A stretch of 63,527 nucleotides of DNA, the filler included, from Octopus bimaculoides (lineage: Eukaryota), in NCBI RefSeq assembly GCF_001194135.2. It is 7 parts of 7 records of this genome, joined end to end, with 100 filler letters (N's around TTAATTAATTAA, not from the genome) between each part and the next. Parts side by side here need not be neighbours in the genome. Positions count along the whole stretch, not along the records: positions 20,844 to 51,922 come from NC_069004.1; 6 more parts are not named here. The stretch is one strand, 5' to 3'. Both the position numbers and the translations under genes were made by a program. Shown piece by piece: positions 25,596 through 37,782 of this stretch (within the stretch, counting starts at the first letter, position 1; every line of letters begins with the position of its first letter). The notes under the pieces are model-generated. The model saw only the letters and a list, made by a program, of their open reading frames with translations. It was not told the DNA's origin and made no database searches.

Positions 25596-27754
25596 AACAA
25601 CAAACAAGATGAGGATAAATATCCGTCAAATGTAAATAATGTACATAATTCCTCATCTCTTAAATATTGAACTGTATTCAAAATGTTATCACAAAAATCA
25701 ACGAGTGTTTTATTCCTACCTTTAGATAGAAGATAATTGCTCTTGTTTTTAACAAATGACTCATCATTGTTATTATAATTAAACAATGCTTCTGTAAGTC
25801 GCAAATTCCTGCAAAATTCCTTAATATTGTCTATGATTTCATTTTGCGTGAGGTCGAGGTAAATAGTAATTGTTTTTGCTTAGTATGTTCATTTTTGCTA
25901 TTGAAAAAGTTTTCTGCGATAAATTTATTACTTTGTAGTTCCCTGTATGTTCCAACGTGTGTCCCTGTTTCTCTGGGCTAGGCCAAGAAACGTTTGTTGT
26001 AATTACGTTAGTGTGGATTGTTAGTGTTACTAATTATATTTTAATTGTTAGAAGACTGGTTTTACTGACTAAGGTGTATTTACATGTTTCTATTTCCTTC
26101 GTTCAGAGTTAAATATATTTCCTTGAGTGTTTCTCATTACCTGAGGAAAGTTCATATTCCTAACTCTGAGATGATTCCTTCTAGTCTTTCTAATTTGTGA
26201 ATTGTTCCTATTTCTGGTTCGAGAGCGATTTACTTCAAAGTGTGAGATTGGTTTTGTGTGGTTGTGTTCTTTTAAGTGTCTACAATTTGACCTAATTGGC
26301 TGTTTAAACATTTCTGTATGGGTTTTCATTCGTGTTTTCTTCTTTATAAAAAGGGTTATTGGAACTGTATTCTGTTTTGAACTGAGTTTCATAATGTACT
26401 GTTGTATCATCTTTGGGGTAACAATTGATCAGTATATATATTGTTGAAGTTGAGAGAGCTTGGAACATAGGTGACAGGTATTTTTTTTTTCAAGAAATTT
26501 TTCCTCAATATTGAAGGGAATACATTTCTTCAGATTCATAAGTTTCTTTCCATAGTTTGAGAACACTTTCCAAAAGATCTCTTTCATTATCTTTAATGAG
26601 TTCGATATGCATTTCTTCATCAATGGTTTTATAGTTTTGTTCATTGTTTGATGCTCTTAGCTTAATTAATTCAATATCTATTTTCTTCTTTAGTTGTCTT
26701 TGTTGTTCAGGTATTTCTGGAATTAGTTTCATCTGGAGTTTGGGAGGAAGAACTAATGGCGTTGAGTTCATCCATCGTTCATATATTTCTTGTTATTATT
26801 TTTAATTATGTTCCAAAATGTGAATTTTCTCGCTTTTAATTTTTTGTTCCAAATATGTCTAATTCGGCTGTTAATTAGATATGCTAATGTTGGTATATTT
26901 TCATTATGTGTTTCATGTTTTGGGAATCTTTCTTTTTCAAATTATGTTTACAAAGATCAAATGAAAGGTTGTGCATAATTGATCCAAATTTTGACCAACC
27001 TGTTCCGAATAATGTCTTCCTTCTTCACTTTCTTTTGCTTCCCGGGTATAGGGATTAATTCATCAATTTTGTTAATTAGTGTGACCAGATCTGAGTTAAT
27101 TTCTTTTAATTCCCTCAAAATGTCTTCGTTAATAATTTTATCCAATGTGTTACATATACACACACACGCACACACACACACACACACAACGGGCTTCTTT
27201 CAGTTTCCGTTCACCAAATCTCCTCAAAAAGCTTTGATCTGTCCAGAACTCCAGTGGGAGACACTTGCCCAAAATATAAAAGACATAGATATTAAATGTG
27301 AATATTTTTAGATGGAATTTAAGTATGGAGATCGGCTTCCATAAATAACAATATCGTTTTATTAAACAGGAAGTTACTCCATGTTTATTGTGACGTTGCT
27401 CTTACGTCAAGGATATGGAATTGAAATAATAATTTCAGGAGACCTTTGACTGATTCTCTTCGTTTTTGTCATTCTTCATCTTCAACTAATTCTTTTTGAT
27501 CTTGTCGTTCTTTATTTTCAGCTAGTTTTACTAAAGGTATCGGCAACTAAACTCATTTTTTCTTTATTTTATCGTATTCTGTTTATGTATTTCTCTGCTT
27601 GACGACTGTTTGTATGTATTGTAAGTTATTCATTTTAAATTATTCTCATTCTAGCTTGAAATAATTTCAATTATTAAATACGATCATCATTTAAGTTTGA
27701 GGATTTTATTGGTCCGCGTTTACCAATAATCAATTTGGCAAAAATTGAAAGTTG

Positions 27755-27935
27755 AGGTATGTTGGTGCACTACGAAGAGTGTAGCATTTCGTCCGTCTTT
27801 ACGTTCTGGGTTCAAATTCTGCCGAGGTCAACTTTACCTTTTTGAGGTTGATAAAATAAGTACCAGTAAAGCACTGGGTTGATGTTATCGACTTACCCCT
27901 TCCCTGAAATTGCTGGCCTTGTGCCAAAATTTGAA
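27755..27935 (+). mobile_element. tRNA-derived SINE with Meta/MESC-like central domain
   Basis: ttctgggttcaaattctgccgaggtcaacttt...gataaaataagtaccag; same family at 37160, 38150, 52190, 55683 and 58670. Confidence 0.7.
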
Positions 27936-28140
27936 TTCAATATCTAACGTTAAAAAAACGTCCTGTTCTAAATGTTACGTATTTCTTTTCAAAATGCATT
28001 TAGCTGATCTTGTTCTTCTAATTTTAATGATTTCTTTTAATTAATTATGAATGATTATAAACCCAGAATAGAAGGTGGTACGTTAGCGTGCTGTTTACTG
28101 CAGCATCCTTAGTCTACGCTCTGAAATAATTATATCTGGA

Positions 28141-28407
28141 TTAGGATTACATTTAGTGTTAAGAGGCTGGGGTTAGGTTTACTATTGAGGGTTAGGGTCA
28201 GATTACGGTTTAAGGTTGGGTTAGGATTAGGGTTAAGGGCTTAGGTTTAGGGTTAGAGTTTAGGGTTAGGGTTTGGGGTTAGGAGTAGAGTTTAGGGTAG
28301 GGCTAGATTTAAGGTTAAGGTTTAGGGTTAGGATTACGGCTTAGATTTAGATTTAGAATTTAGGGTTAGGGTTTAAGGTTAAGGTTAGGGTTTAAAATAA
28401 GGGTTAG
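28141..28407 (+). repeat. Degenerate telomere-like (TTAGGG/TTTAGGG) tract
   Basis: About 265 bp of variant TTAGGG units at an internal position. Confidence 0.8.
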
Positions 28408-29835
28408 ACTACACTCTAAAATGAATGACACAAAATAGAATCTACGCTATGAGTAAATGAATGAAAGAGATACAAATTATGCATAATTGAAAGATCGTAC
28501 ATTCATTTTACATAATTCCAGATCCGAAATTTTTAGCAAATACAAACATATGGACAAATTTCTTTTGTCGAATCGGAGGATACCACCCACTCTGGATTGA
28601 GTAGCTATATTATATTTCGTTGTATTATTCTATACCAGTTAGATTAATTACGATTTCTGCACACAAAGGGTATGACGATCTTAGTTTTCTTTCCTTTTTT
28701 TTTCTCGTTCCACTTTTTGCATCAATCTTCTTCGCATTTTTCTCCTTTTATTTTCTCATATTTTCTCATAGACCCGCGTCCTGGTATCCAAATAGGTCTA
28801 ACAGTATTCAACGAACCTGAAAGACTGCTCGGAGATATATGGCATGTCATATATATCTATTAAATTATTGCAACTCTACAACATGAAACTACAAATAGAT
28901 CTTTTCTAAATTGTGTGTATATTAAATGGTAGTTATCTCGCATTAGGTGGAGCACTATTTTTTATTTTATCTATAACGAAACAGCAAATTATATATATCC
29001 ATCCATACATATATACATGCATATATATATATATATATATATATANNNNNNNNNNNNNNNNNNNNNNNNNNNNNNNNNNNNNNNNNNNNNNNNNNNNNNN
29101 NNNNNNNNNNNNNNNNNNNNNNNNNNNNNNNNNNNNNNNNNNNNNNNNNNNNNNNNNNNNNNNNNNNNNNNNNNNNNNNNNNNNNNNNNNNNNNNNNNNN
29201 NNNNNNNNNNNNNNNNNNNNNNNNNNNNNNNNNNNNNNNNNNNNNNNNNNNNNNNNNNNNNNNNNNNNNNNNNNNNNNNNNNNNNNNNNNNNNNNNNNNN
29301 NNNNNNNNNNNNNNNNNNNNNNNNNNNNNNNNNNNNNNNNNNNNNNNNNNNNNNNNNNNNNNNNNNNNNNNNNNNNNNNNNNNNNNNNNNNNNNNNNNNN
29401 NNNNNNNNNNNNNNNNNNNNNNNNNNNNNNNNNNNNNNNNNNNNNNNNNNNNNNNNNNNNNNNNNNNNNNNNNNNNNNNNNNNNNNNNNNNNNNNNNNNN
29501 NNNNNNNNNNNNNNNNNNNNNNNNNNNNNNNNNNNNNNNNNNNNNNNNNNNNNNNNNNNNNNNNNNNNNNNNNNNNNNNNNNNNNNNNNNNNNNNNNNNN
29601 NNNNNNNNNNNNNNNNNNNNNNNNNNNNNNNNNNNNNNNNNNNNNNNNNNNNNNNNNNNNNNNNNNNNNNNNNNNNNNNNNNNNNNNNNNNNNNNNNNNN
29701 NNNNNNNNNNNNNNNNNNNNNNNNNNNNNNNNNNNNNNNNNNNNNNNNNNNNNNNNNATATATATATATATATATAATATCTGGAACATTTTATAGGATT
29801 TTCTAGTTTAATTGGATGCCTGCTACCCAATAATC

Positions 29836-29894
29836 ATGGCTAGTATAGAGGAATACGCTGAGCACCTGTCGGTAAAGTCGAATCTTGGAAGGAT
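29836..29894 (+). CDS. CEP63: CEP63/DEUP1-like gene, coding exon 1 (MASIEEYAEHLSVKSNLGR + phase 2)
   Basis: ATG at 29836, strong donor AT|gtaagt; phase 2 fits the acceptor at 34087 and the recalled phase-2 first intron of vertebrate CEP63. Confidence 0.65.
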
Positions 29895-30009
29895 GTAAGT
29901 ATCTTATTAAATATTTGTATTGTTTTATTTACATATTACGTTTATATATTCGTTTTGCAAGATTCTTGATGTGATATCGTGTGTTGAAACAGATATTGCT
30001 CGGCGTGCT

Positions 30010-30250
30010 GGTAAAGAATCGATGAGCTCTTCTCTTCCTTAAGTTCCCTCCAATGTTTCATTTACCCGCTCTCTTATGCTGCGTACCGTTTCCCCTACGT
30101 ACGTCGTTGTCGTGTTATTGTGGCCTTTTAGGGTAACTCTTATACTAGCAACTAGTGCATGTGCGATCATTTTCTTTACCTGATGAACATTTGCGGGGGT
30201 CCGTATGGCTCTGGTCCATCCGCTCCATCTCTGTATAGGGGTCTTCCTAT
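30010..30250 (-). mobile_element. Inverted partial copy of the adjacent Penelope-like element (GIY-YIG region)
   Basis: Reverse complement of about 30020-30110 matches about 31303-31400 (TYVGETVRSIRERVNE). Confidence 0.8.
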
Positions 30251-30319
30251 CCATAGAAGTAATTGTGGGTGGTCTCTAGTAGTCATTTAAGAGGTAGACC
30301 ACCCACAATTACTTCTATG

Positions 30320-32060
30320 GCTACACGTTTAAGTTTAACAAGAAAATATACGCCCAGGACGAGGGGAAGCCATCGGCGTTAGTATCGCCGGTGATGTGGC
30401 CAATCTCTTCATGGTATGGTGGGACAGAAGGCTTAAGGAACGCCTGATACAGAACTCCATACTCATGAATATGTACTCTCGATATGTCGATGATATCAAC
30501 TTAGTGGTAAAGGCACCCCCCACAAGAGAGTACACTTGAAATAGAAATAGAAACTAATACTATGGAGAGCATCCAGCAAATAGCTAACTCCATCCACCAG
30601 AGTATTAAGGTTACGATAGACTACCCTACTAAACATCCTAACCATAGATTACCTGTACTAAATACTGAACTCTGGCTAGAAACTGAGAATAATAAAACCC
30701 GAATCCTCCATTCACACTTTGTCAAACCTATGGCCTCCAAATACCTGATCCATCGGAACTCAGCTATCGCGGACAATGCTAAATTCAATATATTGATGGC
30801 AGACCTCGTCAGAGTAATGTGAAATGTGTCCCGTATGTGCGACCCTACAGAGTTAGAGAGACACATATAACATTTCGTTCACCGCATGTAGTTCTCAGGT
30901 TACAGCCATAAAGAAAGAATCAGAGTATACAAAGGAGCCATGAGGAAATTTGAAACTATCATACGTAACGATAGGAATGCCCACTCTATAAGAGCAAGTC
31001 ATGGAACACCATTGAAAGGACTAAGAAGAAAATAGGGAAGGCCAACTCATGGTATGATAGCCACAAATACCAGAATGTCATGTTAGTCGACACCACCCCT
31101 AGAGGCGAACTGGCGTACCGCTTTAGAAGGGCCCTAGACAAACTTAAGCTAAAAATTAAGGTTGTTGAAAGGCCAGGCAACCCTAACAAATCCCTAATCA
31201 GTAGAACCTACCCTTTTAGTAGAACCCCCTGTACTGAACTGTACTGTATGTAGATTTAGCCCGCTAACAAATTGTAAAGCCAGAAATGTAGTCTATAGTA
31301 TAAGACAACGACGTACGTAGGGGAAACGGCACGGAGCATAGGAGAACGGGTAAATGAACATTGGTGTGAACTCAAGGAAAAGAAGAGCTCATCGGCTCTG
31401 TATCAGCACGCCGAGCAGGAACACAGAGGCTCATTCAACAACATAGAAGTTAAAATCTTGTCCACACATAGAACAGACGCAACGCTTAGATAAATTACAG
31501 AAGCTACACACATAATAGAAGATAAACCTAGCCTGAATAGGAAACTGAAATGAAACACTAGCACACACACCCAACACATCACAACATATGACAGAATAAG
31601 ATCTCCATAAACTGATAACAATATAAACAAAATAGAATACAATACACAGATAAACAAATGGAATTAAATAACTATATACGTTAACAAAATTGAATTAAAT
31701 TAAATACAAAGAAAAGAAAGAATAGAAAAAATAATAAGTAGGTATAAACACATGAACAAATAAATAAAAATAAATTAAACGAACGTGTATAAACAGGGGA
31801 TACAGATAATACAGGCACTCCCCTCACACACACACACGCACTTACTAAACGTAGACACACATAGGGGTATACGCATGCGCAAATAAAGACACATACAATA
31901 GGAATACAAAATACAAAATGGCTGATCGTTAGTAAGGAAAGACACACAAATAAGAAAGAAGAAAGCAAAGGACCACTGATGAGGTCACAGAAGTGTGACG
32001 AAAGAACTCTGGCCGAAATACGGTTAATGTAAAAAATAAAATAAAGCTGAAGCAAATTAA
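30320..32060 (+). mobile_element. Penelope-like element, 5'-truncated: RT thumb, GIY-YIG and 3' terminus; intronic
   Basis: AGDVANLFMVWWD...YSRYVDDINLVV, HFVKPMASKYLIH, VVYS...TYVGETARSIGERVNEH; stops present. Confidence 0.9.
31970..32014 (+). ncRNA. Minimal hammerhead ribozyme motif at the Penelope 3' terminus
   Basis: GGACCA CUGAUGA G GUCAC agaagu GUGAC GAA AGAACU C UGGCC. Confidence 0.7.
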
Positions 32061-32338
32061 CACCAAATATATAGTGCGTGTGTTTTTATTGGCTAAACTG
32101 GCAACATGACCATCCCCAAATACAACAATATTTATTTACATAGATTTATCGAATAAATAACAAGTGTTGGAGGTTTGTTGAAACCAAAGTAAACCTGTAA
32201 AAACCGCATAAGAGTAAATGTTTATATTTTGACTTATTAAACTTTTATCTAAATATATTTGACACGTAATGTTTTTCTCTCCATCCATCTCTCTCTTTCT
32301 TTCTCTCTCTCTCTCTCTTTCTCTTTCTCTCTCTCTCT

Positions 32339-32393
<55 letters not shown>

Positions 32394-32999
32394 ACTCTCT
32401 CTTTCTTTCTCTTTCTCTCTCTTTCTCTCTCCGAATTATCATCCATGAATTTGGAATCCAGAGACTTTCTTTTTATTAGTAAATTTGAAAAAAAAGGCGC
32501 AGTGCTTATATTTCTCTTAGACCCATTCTAATATTAGTAAATATTGGAAACTGGATGAGGCTAAATGTGGTTAATATTCCGTTGAAACTGCCGATTCTCA
32601 GTGCTGGAAGCAAAAATACATACCTATGGGTTCCAGGGGGACGCAATTTTAGCGGACGGGATCAAGGTAAAATGTATAGAATAGAGCAGAGTAAAGAAAG
32701 AAAGACAGATTATAGTTTGAGACTAGTGGAATTTAGCTCTTCTGAATTCATACACAGAAGAATGTGGACTCAATACTTCAATTGGCGAATCGATTATGAA
32801 ATTTGCAGTGGTAATTACTGTTGTAATAAATCGCTTGTATCCCAGAATACTGGTTTACAACATGAAAGTTGAGTTTCGTGCCCAAGGACACCATGCATTA
32901 CCTGTGATAAAATACGAGTTGTTTATCCTGACTGAAGAACAATGTAGCTTTCCTCCTGGGCACAAAACAAATATTTACTTTAGGCAGGTCTATGATTAA

Positions 33000-33760
33000 T
33001 CGTGGAAATATTGTTTTGTAGACATCGAAGACGCATATGACCGTATGCTGAATTATGTTTTTCAGAATTTAGGGAGTACTGGGCAACTTCTGGTTACCGT
33101 GAAGTCTTCTTGCAGTAAAAGGCAAATAGTGCCATGTTAAAATCTTTCAACCTGGGTGTTGGACTTCCGCAGGGGTTTGTATTGTCACCTCTCCTTTTCA
33201 TAATTTTTATGAACTTTGATGAACGTGCACAGCCATTGTGGAAGTGATATCACAATAAGTTGATGTAGGACAATAGGCTAATATATGCACAAATGCGTCA
33301 GCTCCAGCATTCGATCCTCAGAAGAGAAGTTGGTCAAAGGAAACTAAATATGCCTTCTTCACTTTGGTTTTGGGCCTATCCCTACCTATGATCATAGATA
33401 TTGGGTACAGATTGAAAGAGTACGATTGCGCATACAAATGTTTGAAATGGGGTTCCTCTAAAGAGTTTCTGGAGTAATATTACTCGACAGGGTGCATAAC
33501 TTTGAGATCAGAGAGTCTCTCCAGGTCAAGCTACTATATTTCCTTACTTAGAGGTCACAGATCCAGTACCCGGACAAGTGATTAGAAAGTCAAAGGAAAG
33601 AATTGCAAGACAAATTCTTCAAGATGAGACAACCAGTAGAAAACCTGGGGCAGGCCATAAATGTAATGGTTGAATAATATCTAAAGTTTCAATAGGTCAT
33701 GCTCGGAAATCCAATCGCAAAGTCTAACGATGGCTATTTCTGATAGGACCCTATGGAGGA
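33000..33760 (+). mobile_element. Decayed RTE-clade LINE (RT and 3' region)
   Basis: VGLPQGFVLSPLLFIIFM and DRVHNFEIRESLQV motifs. Confidence 0.65.
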
Positions 33761-34086
33761 GGTACTTGACGAGTACCTGGTCAACCCTCCCAGGAATGTG
33801 AGCGGAGAAGATAGATGGATGTCCAGTAACCGATCAACTGATTCATTTGGTCTTTCAGATGAGATTGTAGAGATTGTACAAAGAGTAAATTTTATTAAGA
33901 TCTATAGAACTTTCAGTCTGACTGAACTTTGGGATAAAAAGGATCTTAACATGTTCTAAAAAAACAAAAGCAACTCTCAGATACATTTTAGGATAGACAA
34001 AATAAAACATCAGTGAAATAATACTTTGGATTTTGCATGGTAAATTAAGTTTTACTCCTCTCACTTTCTCTTCTTTTCCCTTTCAG

Positions 34087-34279
34087 AATCTCAGACGAAA
34101 GCATTTTGATGATAGCCTGTAACAAAGAAGTACGGGAGTGCCTTCGCCAGCTCGATATACTGGTTGATGATCGAGAGCTTGACCTGAAGAAACAACTTGT
34201 TGATCTTTATAAGTACTTTACAGAAAGAACGAGACAATGTCAACAAAAGGATTTAACTATTAAGGAGAAAGTTAAGAAG
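34087..34279 (+). CDS. CEP63: CEP63/DEUP1-like gene, coding exon 2 (ISDESILMIACNKEVRECLRQLDILVDD...KEKVKK)
   Basis: Pyrimidine tract + tttcag acceptor; CNKEVRECLRQLDILV aligns with recalled human CEAELQELMKQIDIMV, and the ungapped 54-residue span from the Cys to the donor is the same length. Confidence 0.8.
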
Positions 34280-34374
34280 GTCTGTCACTTTCGTTACCAA
34301 ATTTTCATCTATAATGATTTTATTGTCAACAAGAGTTGTTATATAACAACTCATAGATGTTGGGTACAAACTGT

Positions 34375-34710
34375 AGGAGTATAGTCACGAATACAAATGG
34401 CTAAAATGGTGTTCCTCCGAAGGGTTTCCGAAACAGTATTACTCTACAGGGTGCATAGATTTGGGATCAGGGAATCCATCCAGATCAAACCACTACTTTT
34501 CCATACAAAGAGATCCCAGTTCATACACTACGGGTATGTGATTAGAAAGGCACAGGAAAAAATTGCTAGACAGATTCTTCAGGACGCGGCAGTCAGTAGA
34601 AGACCTAGGAGTCGGCCAAAGAGAGAAAAGGCTGGAAAATATCTAGAGTTTCAATTGGTCATTCATGGAAATCCAACCAGAGCGTCGAACAAAAAAAGGC
34701 AATTGTCGAT
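34375..34710 (+). mobile_element. Decayed RTE-clade LINE 3' fragment, same family as 33000
   Basis: KMVFLRRVS...GIRESIQIKPLL...RRPRSRPK. Confidence 0.65.
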
Positions 34711-36399
34711 GCTATATAACAACTCCAATATTTGTTGCATAACAGCTCAGTATTCACATCGCTCCTGTTCACTCAGCTGGCAAAAATGAGCAGCAAAGTA
34801 AGTCTCATTGAAGCAAACATCTTCCTACTATAGCGGTTCTCATCAATGATGGCACATCGGACAAAATACTTTGTGGAATTTCTTCTGGTCTTTTATATTT
34901 TGAGATCAAATACCGCCAAGGTCAACTTTGCCTTTCATTCTTTCGTAGTTGATAAGATAAGTACTAGTGAATCACTGGGGAAGGGGGTCACTGGTCTCGA
35001 CTTAACCCTCCCTTCAAAATTGCTGGCCTTCTGCCTAACTTAGAGTGAATATCGGTTAAAGATTTCCGATGATCCAATCACAGGTTCATTGATGAGATGG
35101 AATCAAGTTTATCGAATTTTTGGCAAAATATACACACATGCACAAAAACACACACGCACACACAAACATGCATGTAATATATATATATATATATATATAN
35201 NNNNNNNNNNNNNNNNNNNNNNNNNNNNNNNNNNNNNNNNNNNNNNNNNNNNNNNNNNNNNNNNNNNNNNNNNNNNNNNNNNNNNNNNNNNNNNNNNNNN
35301 NNNNNNNNNNNNNNNNNNNNNNNNNNNNNNNNNNNNNNNNNNNNNNNNNNNNNNNNNNNNNNNNNNNNNNNNNNNNNNNNNNNNNNNNNNNNNNNNNNNN
35401 NNNNNNNNNNNNNNNNNNNNNNNNNNNNNNNNNNNNNNNNNNNNNNNNNNNNNNNNNNNNNNNNNNNNNNNNNNNNNNNNNNNNNNNNNNNNNNNNNNNN
35501 NNNNNNNNNNNNNNNNNNNNNNNNNNNNNNNNNNNNNNNNNNNNNNNNNNNNNNNNNNNNNNNNNNNNNNNNNNNNNNNNNNNNNNNNNNNNNNNNNNNN
35601 NNNNNNNNNNNNNNNNNNNNNNNNNNNNNNNNNNNNNNNNNNNNNNNNNNNNNNNACGCACCTCCACCCAGTTGCATAAATCTCTCTGAGATTTAGAAAT
35701 GTATTATTTCTATTTTTGAAATCATTGAATGTATTTCACCAGAATTATTATGTTTACAAGAGCTTGACAGGCATCTCCAACTAGCAGGCCATGCTACTCC
35801 AGACAGATGACGAGCAAAGACTCGGAAACTAGTCTCTGGATGCAGGCTTAGCTGAGTGGAAGTCCTTGTCTCCCCCTTGTAAACCTAAGGACACAGAAAA
35901 TGTGTCAAGGTCGACAGGAAGCGGCGCAGCTTCCTATGTCTGAACAACAGTAGTATTATTCCCTTCATGGGACTGTCACATTAAGTTGACAGCATACAAC
36001 TACTTTATCGTATCACTACTGCATAAATCTTTCTGAGAGATTTAGAAATGTATTATTTATATANNNNNNNNNNCAACTGCTCACAATCAATTACTACTGT
36101 CAAATTGACGGGTCTTTATTTTATTAAAATTCGACAGTTCACTTTTAGTCACATGGAGATGGTCCTTCCAGAACAATGTATAATCCAAATACTAAGACAA
36201 AGAAATGTTTTAATACATCTTTAATGATTTGTCACAATTGTTTCTGTGCCAACTTTGCTTTCAATGCCAGTTTATGTAAAAGTCTGAAGTGAAAATTTTC
36301 GTAATATTTGCGGTTTTAGACATTAGATTTTTAGACACTTCATCAGACTTTTATCAAAAGTGCGCTCTTACATTATATCAAAAAATATATATATATATA

Positions 36400-36764
36400 C
36401 AGTGATACCTCGCAGTATGAGTTTGATTCGTTCCATAACCGAGCTCGTCTTACGATTTACTCGTTTTACAAATCAATTCTCCAAACTGAAATTAACTAAA
36501 ATATAACTAATCCGTTCCAACCCACCAAATCCACTCAAAAATAAGTTTTTATGGGTTTTAAACAGAAAAGGTGTAGTTACAAGTAAAACGACAATGCAAA
36601 AGAAACATGTAAACTGGTTTTATTAACTGAATTACCATAAAGGTAGGACGATTTGTGTGCTCGTACTGCAGATTTCCGCTCGTACTTCAAGACAAAAATA
36701 CGTACGAATCTCGGCTAGTACAGCAAATTACTCGATAATGGAGTACTCGTATTGCAAGGTTCTG
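36400..36764. mobile_element. pogo/Tigger-like MITE
   Basis: Left end TA + cagtgatacctcgcagta, right end attgcaaggttctg; repeated (g)ctcgta motifs. Confidence 0.5.
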
Positions 36765-36833
36765 CAAACGACGAAAATGGATAAAGGAACAAGAAACAGG
36801 TGTGTTAATTTAAATCTCGGGAAGAACGGAAAA

Positions 36834-36871
36834 CCCTTGACGTTTCGAGCCTACGCTCTTCGACAGAAAGG
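36834..36871 (-). ncRNA. Hammerhead-like motif, A6U core variant, in a short repeat
   Basis: CCUUU CUGUCGA A GAGC guag GCUC GAA ACGU C AAGGG. Confidence 0.5.
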
Positions 36872-36952
36872 ACTGAGAGGAAAAAAAAAGCAGAGAAAAA
36901 ATGTGCAAGGATTAACGGTTCAACATGATGAAATAAATGTTTCAGCCTTAAG

Positions 36953-37470
36953 GCTGTAGCCATGCTAGAGCATCGCTATGTAAAGACGTTATGCATATAT
37001 CCGAAAAAGAAGTACAGTCTAAAGCATTAGAGCAGTAATATATTTTCAGTCCAAATGCTGTGGCCATACTGGAGCACTCTGATGCAAGGACGTAGTGCAT
37101 ATATCCGAAAAAGAAGTACAATCTAAAGCATTAGAGCAGTAATATATTTTCAGTCCAAGACGGCGAGCTGGCAGGATCGTTAGCACGCCGGGCGAAATGT
37201 CTGTCTTTTTAGTTCTGAATTCAAATTCGGCCGAGGTCGACTTAGCTTTTCATCCTTTCAGTGTCGATAAATTAAGTACCAGTTGCGTACTGGGGTCGAT
37301 CTAATCGACTGACACCCTTCCCAAAAATTTCAGACCTTGTACCTAGAGTAGAAAAGAATATATTTTCAGTTCAAATGATGTGGCCATACTGTCGCACCCT
37401 CATGCAAGGACGTAGTGCATATATCCGAAAAAGAAAAGCACAGTGTAAAGCATTAGAGCAGTAATATATT
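36953..37470 (+). repeat. Three tandem units of about 105 bp with a SINE between units 2 and 3
   Basis: tgcatatatccgaaaaagaa...taaagcattagagcagtaatatatttt occurs three times. Confidence 0.85.
37160..37357 (+). mobile_element. Meta/MESC-like tRNA SINE with target-site duplication
   Basis: aatatattttcagt(c/t)caa on both sides. Confidence 0.8.
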
Positions 37471-37732
37471 TTGGGGGAAGTTTCGTCAACTTAACAATTT
37501 TATTAGCAGTGTGCCCGGCGCGTGCCAAAAGAACAATGGCAGAATGACTCTGTTGTTCCATGATTATCTGCTGTCGAATCACTTCACTATTTACCTGAAA
37601 AATAAAGAGGAGGATGAGATTTTCAAGCAAGCAAGGTTTTGTCAAAAAATGAAATGTTAAACCCACTAAGTCAACTGCTTAAAATTGGTCTCAATGTATC
37701 TGCAAGGCCCTGTATGTGTGTATGTGTGTGTG

Positions 37733-37782
<50 letters not shown>

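Larger units (their letters stand above)
25135..25675. mobile_element. Head-to-head dimer of a tRNA-headed, hammerhead-bearing short element
   Basis: Left arm is the reverse complement of the right arm around about 25390; A/B boxes TGGCGTGGTGG and GAGTTCGATTCC; 12-bp direct repeat attcaaaatgtt at 25123-25134 and 25676-25687. Confidence 0.85.
23590..27150 (-). mobile_element. Decayed Penelope-like element (N-terminal region and RT), interrupted by SINE insertions
   Basis: RPIIAGRSCETHCLSNFLDILLKP, VPVFANLVMDYLE, KRYLDD and KETDKRG (ADKG-like) motifs across many stops and frameshifts. Confidence 0.8.

Noticed and set aside
35673-36058. About 38-bp direct repeat around a 300-bp LINE-like fragment
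   Set aside because: Both copies are next to gaps, so a target duplication cannot be told from an assembly artefact
36953-37470. Repeat-spacer appearance suggestive of a CRISPR array
   Set aside because: Long diverged tandem units without unique spacers, eukaryotic context, no cas genes
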